Shown one piece after another: positions 10,902-20,642 of a stretch of 64,000 bases of DNA. Source of the DNA: Squalus acanthias (taxonomy: Eukaryota); contig CM059433.1 in NCBI GenBank assembly GCA_030390025.1, forward strand, positions 22,322,001 through 22,386,000, given 5' to 3'. The stretch's first letter is position 1; each line of letters opens with the position of its first letter. The notes below the pieces were generated by a model, which was given only the letters and a program-made list of their open reading frames with translations, did not search any database and had not been told where the DNA came from. The position numbers and the translations under genes are program-made.

Positions 10902-11467
10902 ATTCTCTTTGCCAGAAAAGTAATGAGGTACAGCAACTAAAGTAGCAACAAAGTTAGGATGAACTAGGCCAAACTACCTCACAAAGCGTTGAGTCAATGT
11001 AGAAGTCTCTCTCTCTCTCTCTCCGAATCTCTCTCTCTCTCTCAGAACGAGTGGTGCATAAATGTCGACCACAGAAAAAGACAGGAAGAGGCCCCCTTTA
11101 AATAGCGCCCCCCCAAGCCCCACACCGATTGATAACGTTCCAGTCTTCTGGTCGTTGGAAGCACCAGGCGGTAAGGCAGGGGGCGCCACTCAATTTCCGC
11201 TCCGGGGCGCCCCAAGGGCGTTGCACCATGGAATGACGTCACAATCTGCGCGCGCAGGTGGTCGCAGCGGTAAGTTTTAGCGCCGCCGCACAATCTCAAG
11301 TTAAGTTCTCGAGCGGCGCAAACATCGCTGCGCCCGGGCGTTAGCGGCTTAACGCCCCATTAGCGCCCTCTTAAGGCGCTAACGGGAGGCGCAACCAAGT
11401 GAATTTTTACCCCTATAACTTCTTGGGCCTTGGCAATTTCCTCCCTTATCTCCTTCAGAAGCCTAGG

Positions 11468-11660
11468 AGAATTGTTAAAGGATGAAATTCTTTGCTACTG
11501 GAGTAACTGAGGCAGAGACCATTGCCGTTTTTCGAGGAAGAGTAGATAAGCTTTTGAAGCAGAGGAAATTGCAAAGCTCATGGGGGAGCAGAACAGTGGG
11601 ATTAGTTTTGGATTACTTTAGTTAAGAGTTGGCACAAATACAAGCAGTTGAACACTGATA
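11468..11660 (+). mobile_element. CR1 3' end (degenerate), opposite orientation to the adjacent CR1 body
   Basis: Resembles the CR1 terminus RIV-GWNSL..EAET..F...LD..L and the 3' UTR; compare 19090-19300 and 22715-22915. Confidence 0.6.
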
Positions 11661-11668
11661 TCCACAGC

Positions 11669-11800
11669 CATGATGAAAGGTCATCGACCTGAAACGTTAA
11701 CTCTCTTTCTCTCTCCACGGATGCTGCCTGGCCTGCTGAGTTTTTCCAGCGTTTTCTGTTGTTATTTCGGATTTCCAGCATCCGCAGTATTTTGCTATCG
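11669..11800 (+). mobile_element. Penelope-like terminal fragment with minimal hammerhead-like motif
   Basis: TGATGA-A-AGGTC-ATC-GACCT-GAAAC-GTT; CATGATGA direct repeat at 11669 and 11802; a related copy lies at 20565-20642. Confidence 0.65.
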
Positions 11801-12417
11801 TCATGATGACAGCAGTCCTTTTTCTTCCTGTTTTGGGTTCAAGGGCTGGAAGAGGTGAACCGAGGAGGGAGAGATTTGTACTTAAGAGGAGGGAGCGAGA
11901 TAGTGGGTCTGTAAATCCACTCTTGGTCCACCGGCACCACTGGTACATTTCGCCAGGCGCGTATGTCTGAATCTTCAGGTTTACACTCTCCAGCTCACTT
12001 ACATGCAGCTGTTTCATTGTGCGAGATGAGGGAGGCTTATGTTAATTCCCATGGGGCAGCACCGAGCAGTTGAGAGCAGGCAAAGTGGTGGGTCCAGCAG
12101 TGAAACTAAAGCCAAACCAAAGGGAACAAATAAAGATTCAATCCAAGGGAATAAGCAACAGGAGAATGGAAAGAAACCACAAACGGCCCAAAACTAGGAG
12201 TAGTCTTCCCAAAAGGTCAGTCCGAACTGTTATAAACTCCTCCTGGTGACTGTGTGCCTGCAGGACTCAGCTTCACTTGAGCATTTAAAGCCACACAGTG
12301 CAGGCCTCACACCTAACAACAACAACAACAACAACTTGCATTGATATAGCGCCTTTAACATAGCAAAACATCCCAAGGCGCTTCACATGAGTGTAATCAT
12401 AGAAAATTTGTCACCAA

Positions 12418-15400
12418 GGTGGCATAGTGGTTATGTTACTGGACTAGTAATCCAGAGGCCTGGCCTAATGTTCCGGAGACGTGAATTCAAATCCCACCAC
12501 GGCAGCTGGGGAATTTAAATTCAGTTAATTAAATAATAAATCTGGAATAAAAAGCTAGTATCAGTAATGGTGACCATCAAACTATCGGATTGTCATAAAA
12601 AAAACCCCATCTGGTTCACTAATGTCCTTTAGGGAAGGAAATCTGCCAACCTTACCTGGTCTGGCCTGTATATGACTCCAGATCCACAGCAATGTGGTTG
12701 ACTCTTAACTGCCCTCTGAAATGGCCTAGCAAGTCACTCAGTTGTAAAAAAAAGTTACGAAAAACAATAATAATAAAACCAGATGGACCACTCGGCACCA
12801 GCTACGGACACGACAATGGCACACCCAGCCCAGTCGACCCTGCAAAGTCCTCCTCACCAACATCTGGGGACTTGTGCCAAAATTGGGAGAGCTGTCCCAC
12901 AGACTAGTCAAGCAACAGCCTGACATAGTCATACTCACAGAATCATACCTTTCAGCCAATGTCCCAAACTCCTCCATCACCATCCCTGGGTATGTCCTAT
13001 CCCATCAGCAGGACAGGCCCACCAGGGGTGGCGACACAGTGGTATACAGTCAGGAAGGAGGGACCTTGGGAGTCCTCAACATTGACTCCGGACCCCATGA
13101 AGTCTCATGGCTTCAGGTCAAGCATGGGCAAGGGAACCTCCTGCTGATTACCACCTATTGCCCTCCCTCAGTTGATGAATCAGTATTCCTCCATGTTGAA
13201 CACCACTTGGAAGAAGCACTGAGAGTAGCAGGGCACAGAATGTACTCTGGGTGGGGGACTTCAAAGGCCATCACCAAGAGTGGCTCGGTAGCACCACTAC
13301 TGACTGAGCTGGCAGCGTCCTGAAGGACATAACTGCCAGTCTGGGTCTGCGACAGGTGGTGAAAGAACCAACACGAGGGAAAAACCTATTTGACCTCGTC
13401 CTCACCAAGCTACCTGTCGCAGATGCATCTGTCCATGGCAGCATTGGTAGCAGTGACCACCGCACAGTCATTGTGGAGACGAAGTCCCATCTTCACACTG
13501 ACGACACCCCCCATCGTGTTGTGTGGCACTACCACCGTGCTAAATGGGATCGATTCAGAACAGATCTAGCAACTCAAAATTGGACATCCATGAGGTGCTG
13601 TGGGCAATCAGCAGCAGCAGAATTGTATTCCACCACAATCTGTAACCGCATATCCCTCACTCTACCATTACCATCAAGCCAGGGGACCCACCCTGGTTCA
13701 ATAAGGAGTGTAGAAGAGCATGCCAGGAGCAGCACCAGGTGTACATAAAAATGTGATGCCAACCTGGGGAAGCTGCAACACAGGACTACATGCATGCTAA
13801 AAAGCGGAAGCAGTATGCTATAGACAGGGCTAAGTGATCCCACAATCAACGGATCAGATCAAAGCTCTGCAGTCCTGCCACATCCACTCGTGAATGGTGG
13901 TGGACCATTAAACAAATAACAGAAGGAGGAGACTCCATGAATATCCCCATCCTCAATGATGGTGAAGCCCAGCACGTGAGTGCCAAAGGCAAAGCTGAAG
14001 CGTTTGCAACCATCTTCAGCCAGAAGTGCCGAGTGGATGATCCATATCAGCCTCCTCCTGAGGCCACCACAGAAGCTAGTTTTCAGCCAATTCGATTCAC
14101 TCCACGTGATATCAAGAAATGGCTGAGCGCACTGGATACAGCAAAGGCTATGGGCCCCGACAACATCCCAGCTGTCGGCTGAAGACTTGTGCTCCAGAAC
14201 TAGCTACGTTTCTAGCCAAGCTGTTCCAGTATAGCTTTAACACTGGCATCTGTCTGACAATGTGGAAAACTGCCCAGGTATGTCCAGTCCACAAAAAGCA
14301 AGACAAATCCAATCCAGCCAATTACCACCCCATCGGTCTAATCTCAATCATCAGCAAAGTGATGGAAGGTGTTGTCGACAGTGCTATCAAGCAGCACTTA
14401 CTCACCAATAACCTGCTCACTGATGCCCAGTTTGAGTTCCGCCAGGACCACTCAGCTCCAGTCCTCATTACAGCCTTGGTCCAAACATGGACAAAAGAGT
14501 TGAATTCCAGAGGTGAGGTGAGAGTTACTGCCCTTGACTTCAAGGCAGCATTTAACCGAGTGTGGCATCAAGGAGCCCTAGTAAAACTGAAGTCAATGGG
14601 AATCGACGGTAAAACTCTCCACTGGCTGGAGTCATACCTAGCACAAAGGAAGATAGTTGTGGTGGTTGGAGGTCAATCATCACAGCCCCAGGACATCGCT
14701 GCAGAAGTTCCTCAGGGCAGTGTCCTAGGCCCAACAATCTTCAGCTGCTTCATCAATGACCTTCCCTCCATCATAAGTTCAGAAGTGAGGATATTCACTG
14801 ATGACTGCACAGTGTTCAGTACCATTCGCAACTCCTCAGATAATGAAGCAGTCCATGCCCGCATGCAGCAGGACCTGGACGACATTCAAGCTTGGGCTAA
14901 TAAGTGGCAAGTAACATTCCCGCCACACAAGTGCCAGGCAATGACTATCTCCAACATGCGAGCGTCTAACCACCGTCCCTTGGCAATCAACGACATTACC
15001 ATCGCCGAATCCCCCCATCATCAAAATCCTGGGGGTCACCATTGACCAGAAACTTAACTGGACCAGCCACATAAATACTGTGACAACAAGAGTGGTCAGA
15101 GGCTGGGTATTCTGCGGTGAGTGTCTCACCTCCTGACTCCCCAAAGCCTTTTCACCATCTACAAGGCACAAGCCAGGAGTGTGATGGAATACTCTCCACT
15201 TGCCTGGATGAGTGCAGCTCCAACAACACTCAAGAAGCTCGACACCATCCAGGACAAAGCAGCCCGCTTGATTGGCACCCCATCCATCACCTTAAACATT
15301 CACTCCCTCCACCACCAACATACCGTGGCTGCAGTGTGTAACATCTACAAGATGCACTGCAGCAACTCACCAAGGCTTCTTTGGCAGCACCTCCCAAACC

Positions 15401-15635
15401 CGCGACCTCCACCACCTCTAATTCCCCTCCAAGTCACACACCATCCTGACTTGGAAGTATATCGCCATTACTTCATCGTTGCTAGGTCAAAGTCCTGGAA
15501 CACCCTCCCTAACACCACAAGGACTGCAGCGGTTCAAGAAGGCGGCACACCACCACCTTCTCAAAGGCAACTAGGGGTGGGCAATAAATACTGGCCTTGT
15601 CAGCAACGCCCACATCCCATGAATGAATAAAAGAA
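12418..15635 (+). mobile_element. Near full-length CR1/Jockey-group LINE (APE + RT, single decayed ORF) with a tRNA-like 5' head
   Basis: APE: NIWGL..QPDIVILTESYL, GSSDH. RT: NPANY-PI-LISIISKVME, VPQGSVLGP, FTDDC. 3' end GGGCAATAAAT..CCCACATCCCATGAATGAATAAAA. Multiple frameshifts. Confidence 0.88.
12420..12494 (+). promoter_or_regulatory. Pol III-type A/B boxes at the LINE 5' end
   Basis: A box TGGCATAGTGG (12420-12430); B-box-like GAATTCAAATCC (12483-12494, one mismatch). Confidence 0.6.
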
Positions 15636-16143
15636 ATAAGGAAATATTAGGACAGGTGACCAAAAGTTGGGTGAAACAGGCAGGTTTTAAGGAGTGTCTT
15701 AAAAGAGGAGAGAGAGATAGATAGGCGGAGAGGTTTAGGGACTGAATTCCAGTGCTTAGTGCCTAGGCAGCTGAAAGCACAGCCGCTAATGGAGGAGCGA
15801 AGGGAATCGGGGATGCACAAGAGGAGAGAATTGAAGTAGCGCAGAGATCTCGGAGGGCTGTAGGGCTGGAGGAGGTTACAAAGATAGAGAGGGGAGAGGC
15901 CATGGAGGGAATTGAACACAAGGATAAGAGTTTCGAGGCGTTACTGAATTAGGAGCCAACATAGGTCAGCGAGCACAGGGGTATTGGATGAACAGGGCTT
16001 GCCGCAAATTAGGATAGAAAATTTTGGATGAGCTCAAGTTCAGGGAGGGTGGAAGGTGGATGGCTGGCCAGGAGATCATTGAAATTTTCGAGTCTGGATG
16101 TAACAAAGGCACGGATGAAAGTCTCAGCAGCAGATGGGCTGAG

Positions 16144-16590
16144 AAAGAAAGAAAGACTTGCATTTCTATAGCGCCTTTCATGACCACCGGTGGTCCCAAA
16201 GTGCTTTACAGACAATGAAGTACTTTTGACGTGTAGTCACTGTTGTAAAGTAGGAAACGCGGCAGCCAATTTGTGCACAGCAAGCTCTCACAAACAGCAT
16301 TCAATAATCTGTTTTAGAAATGTTGATTGAGGGATGAATATTGAGGGACATCTCCCCTGCTCTTCTTCGAAATAGTGCCATGGGATCTTTTACGTCCACC
16401 TTGAGAGAGCAGACGGGGCCCCGGTTTAACATCTCATCCAAAAGACGGCACCTCCGACAGTGCAGCATTCCCTCAGTACTGCCCTGGAGTGTCAGCCTAG
16501 ATTTTGAGCTCAAGTCTCTGGAGTGGGACTTGAACCCACAACCTTCTGACTCAGAGAAGAGGGTGCTACCAACTGAGCCACAGCTGACTC
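16144..16590 (-). mobile_element. tRNA-derived DeuSINE (SacSINE1-like) with L2-type tail
   Basis: A box TGGCTCAGTTGG, B box GGTTCAAGTCC, Deu-like core (GCCCCGTCTGC..GTGGACGTAAAAGATCCCATGGCACTATTTCGAAG), L2 tail plus (TTTC)n, GAG flanks. Confidence 0.82.
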
Positions 16591-17339
16591 GAGGCCGAGG
16601 CAGGTGATGTTGCGGAAGAGGAAAATCCAGGTGGCAATGTGTCGGCCTTCCAGGGGCAGCGAGGACACGCCTGGAAATGCCATGGAGCAGTGAAAGCCCA
16701 CCTTGCCCCAGTGCAGGGTTATCGGAAAACCCAGAATTTACATCAATCAATTTCTTAAAAGCAGTTCATCAAAGCTTCAACCTGATGAGGCAGTTTTCAC
16801 ACCTAAAGAAAAGTGCATCGCATATTGATTGCCAAAAGTGCTTGAGCCCCAGCACCTGAAGAGGTGAGAAAGACTCTGTAGCATCATTAAATTGGTTACT
16901 AAGCGGTTTTCGCACTTAGACCAAAACGCTTGTAAAAGGTTTTAACATATTGATTGGCACAAAGGGTTTTTACACATCAGCTTTAGCGATGTAGTACAGC
17001 ACTTAAAGGAATAAATCCAGACTTTTTCCAATTCATTTAATCATTTTATTCACGTAACAGGGACAGCTATCATTGGAAAAGATAGAAAAAGGAGTCGTAC
17101 ATGTTGATTTTCTTTTCTTTTATCAGTTATTCATTCAAGTGGGCTTGACTGTACCAGGATCATTTGTGAGAAGTTGCATGGGTCTTAGTGCATCTGTGCT
17201 CAGCTTACTGTAGTTACTGCAACAGTGTAATTATACAGGTTGAAGAGGGTAGCCTTGGTCTCCCGGAAGCCATCCTTACAGCCAGTTATGTTATTGGGCA
17301 CGCCAAATGATCACTCAGCATGCCAATGGAGGGTGTCTA

Positions 17340-19338
17340 ACTTCTATAAATTGGCCAGAAAAAGCAGCAAACCTGAGGATTGGGAGCAGTTTAGGATTCA
17401 GCAAAGGAGGATAAAGGGATTAATTAAGAGGGAGAAAATAGAGTATGAGAGTAAACCTGCAGGGAACATAAAAACTGACTGTAAAAGCTTCTATAGATAT
17501 GTGAAGAGAAAAAGATTGGTGAAGTCAAGCGTAGGTTCCTTGCAGTCAGAATCAGGGGAATTTATAATGGGGAACAAAGAAATGGCAGACCAATTAAATA
17601 TATACTTTGGTTCTGTCTTCACAAAGGATAACACAAATAACCTCCCAGAGATGTCGGGGAACATTGGTTCTAATGAGAGGGAGGAACTGAATGAAATCAG
17701 TATTTGTAGGGAAATGGTGTTAGGGAAATTGACAGGATTGAAGGCCGATAAATCCCCAGAGCCTAATAATCTACATCCTAGGGTACTTAAGGAAGTAGCC
17801 CTAGAAATAGTAGATGCAGTGCTGGTCATCTTCCAAATTTCTATAGAATCTGGAACAGTTCCCATGGATTGGAGGGTAGCTAATGTAACCCCACTATTTA
17901 AAAAGGTGGTAGAGAGAAAACGGGGAATTATAGACTGGTAAGCCTGACATCGGTAGTGGGGAAAATGCTAGAGTCCATTATAAAAGATGTAATAGCAGAG
18001 CACTTGGAAAACAGTGACAGGATCGGACAAAGTCAACATGGATTTACAAAAGGTAAATCATGCTTGACTAATCTACTGGAATTTTTTGAGAATGTAACTG
18101 GTAGAATAGATAAGGGAGAACCAGTGGATGTGGTGTATTTGGACTTTCAGAAGGCTTTCGATAAGGTCCCGCATAAGAGATTAGCGTGCAAAGTTAAAGC
18201 ACATGGGATTGGGGGTAAGGTACTGACTTGGATAGAAAACTGGTTGGCAGACAGGAAGCAAAGAGTTGGAATAAACGGGTCTTTTTCCGAGTGGCAGGCA
18301 GTAACTAGTGGGGTACCGCAGAGATCGGTTCTAGGACCCCAGCTATTCACAATATATATTAATGATCTAGACGAGGGAACTAGATGTAATATCTCCAAGT
18401 TTGCAGACGACACAAAGCTGGGTGGGCGTGTGTGCTGTGAGGAGGATGCAGAGAAACTCCAGTATGATTTGGACAGGTTGGGTGATTGGGCAGAAGCATG
18501 GCAGATGCAGTATAATGTGGATAAATGCGAGGTTATCCACTTTGGTGGCAAAAACAGGAAGACAGATTATTATCTGAACGGCAATAGATTGGGAAAAGGG
18601 GAAGTGCAACGAGACCTGGGTGTCCTTGTGCACCAGTCGCTGAAGGTAAGCATGCAGGTGCAGCAGGCAGTTAAGAAGGCAAATGGTATGTTGGCCTTCA
18701 TAGCGAGAGGAATTGAGTACAGGAGCAAGGATGTCTTGCTGCAGTTGTATAGGGCCTTAGTGAGACCACACCTTGAGTATTGTGTGCAGATTTGGTCGCC
18801 TTATCTGAGGAAGAATGTTCTTGCCATGGAGGGAGTGCAGCGAAGATTCACCAGACTGATACCTGGGATGGCAGGAATGACATATGAAGAGAGATTGGGT
18901 CGATTAGGCTTATATTCGCTAGAGTTTAGAAGAATGAGAGGGGATCTCATTGAAACTTATAAAATTCTAACAGGGCTAGACAGACTGGATGCAGGAAGGA
19001 TGTTCCCGATGGCCGGGGGAGTCCAGAACCAGGGGTCACAGTCTAAGGATAAGGGGTAAGCCATTTAGGACTGAGATGAGGAGGAATTTCTTCACCCAGA
19101 GAGTGGTGAACCTGTGGAATTCTCTACCACAGAAGGCAGTTGAGGCCAATTCATTAAATATATTCAAGAAGGAGATAGATATATTTCTTAAGGCTAAAGG
19201 GATCAAGGGATATGGGGAGAAAGCAGGGACAGGGTTCTGAATTTGGATGATCAGCCATGATCTCATTAAATGGTGGAACAGGCTCGAGGGGCCGAATGGC
19301 CTGCTCCTGCTCCTATCTTCTATGTTTCTATGTTTCTA
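17340..19338 (+). mobile_element. 5'-truncated CR1 LINE, well preserved ORF2 RT
   Basis: HPRVLKEVA, QHGFTKGKSCLTNLLEFF, LDFQKAFDKVPH, KFADDTKL, RPHLEYC; tail (CTATGTTT)n; frameshifts near 17905 and 19020. Confidence 0.95.
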
Positions 19339-19656
19339 AATGGATGAACGAGGATCTTGAAATGTCATATTGTGAAGAGCTACATTCCAGAGTGTCCATT
19401 AACACCACTATGTCAGCCAATGAGTTGGAGGCAGGGCAAGACTTACGGCAAGACTCATAGCAAATCATCTATTTTACAGCAAACAAAGTCTGTTTACTCA
19501 GCCATTTAAACAGCACGTTACAGTAAACAGTCGACAGAGCCTATTTAAAAAGAGTCTCTACAAACTATAGGAAACAGAATTCGAACAAAACTACAGCAAT
19601 GGCTCCCGACAAAAGCAGGATGATTTCTTCAGCAAAATGCAGTAATTGGAGACTTC

Positions 19657-20424
19657 GGGCTGGATTTTGAATGACCCGTGGAGTCGGGTTTGGAGGCGTG
19701 TGGGGGGTTAAAGTAGCAGATTCGGGGGTCCCGACCCCATCCCGACTCCAACACGCCTCCATGGAATTTTGACAAAATGGGTCACAGGGGTTTCCGACTC
19801 CATCCCGCCTCCAAGAGGCGTGAGAGGCCATTAACTATCCCTAAATTGGATCTGTAATGCCATTTTGAAACATTTCAGCTAGTTTAACCCTTTTCCGACA
19901 TGAAGTACGCCTGATGTGAAACACGCCAGTGAAACCTGGCGGGAGCACAAGTGGATAGCTGACTATCAGCTGCAGGTCCACTATACCAACGGAGATGTGA
20001 TGAAGGTAGTAGTAGTATTAGGTCTGAAAGTCGCCTCTGATGCTGCTGCATTGAATGTCTTCAGAAACTGCCTGGCCTTTGCTGTGAGAGGACCTGGATG
20101 CAAAAAAAAATTTCTCTCTCTCTCTTTCTCTCTCTCTCTCTGTCTTTCTCTCTCTCCCCTTCATTTTGCATCCGGGTCCTCTCACACCAAAAGCCAGGCA
20201 GTCTCTGAGACCAGGCAGTCAGTCTCTGACCTGCAATGAGGACATCATCAGAGGCGACTTTCAGACTGAAACCACTAATTGGTTCATGGGTTCCCACATG
20301 CTGGAACTCAATTGCCCAATTAAGTGACAATTGCATCAATCTCCCACATTAATCTGGAGTCGGGGGGGCAACACGAAATGTGGGTAACACGACCCCAAAC
20401 CGACCCCACGACAAAATCCAGCCC
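19657..20424. mobile_element. Harbinger-type MITE (768 bp)
   Basis: Perfect 12-bp TIR GGGCTGGATTTT / AAAATCCAGCCC with a TTC target duplication. Confidence 0.85.
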
Positions 20425-20564
20425 TTCCTCTCCAAAGTCCTTGAACGTGTTGTTGCCTCCCAAATTCATGCCCATCTTTCCTGCAACACCATGTTTGAAC
20501 CCCTCCAATCAGGTTGCCGTCCCTGCCGCGGCACTGAAACAAACCTTATTAAAGTCACAATGAT
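20425..20564 (+). mobile_element. L2 RT fragment
   Basis: FLSKVLERVVASQI..FEPLQSG.R..TET.LIKVT. Confidence 0.75.
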
Positions 20565-20642
20565 ATCGACCTGAAACGTTAACTCTGTTTCTCTCTTCAC
20601 AGATGCTGCCTGACCTGCTGAGTATCTCCAGCATTTTCTGTT
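20565..20642 (+). mobile_element. Penelope-like terminal fragment (truncated hammerhead motif)
   Basis: ATCGACCTGAAACGTTAACTCTG..GATGCTGCCTGACCTGCTGAG matches 11683-11760. Confidence 0.6.

Larger units (their letters stand above)
7104..11413. mobile_element. Full-length PIF/Harbinger transposon (4310 bp) with intact transposase ORF
   Basis: TIRs GGGGTAGAAATT / AATTTTTACCCC; perfect TAT TSD (7101-7103, 11414-11416); two convergent genes. Confidence 0.95.
12316..16640 (-). mobile_element. L2 LINE 3' fragment (12316-12417, 15636-16143, 16591-16640), interrupted by a LINE and a SINE
   Basis: (AAC)n tail plus the TTGCATT.ATATAGCGCC L2 terminus; translations AAETFIRAFVTSRL, LHGLSPLYLCNLL and SLSSFKTLLKT. 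Confidence 0.8.

Noticed and set aside
16515..16590. tRNA gene (also considered for 12418-12500)
   Set aside because: A/B boxes are present, but they are heads of retroelements and no convincing cloverleaf is seen.
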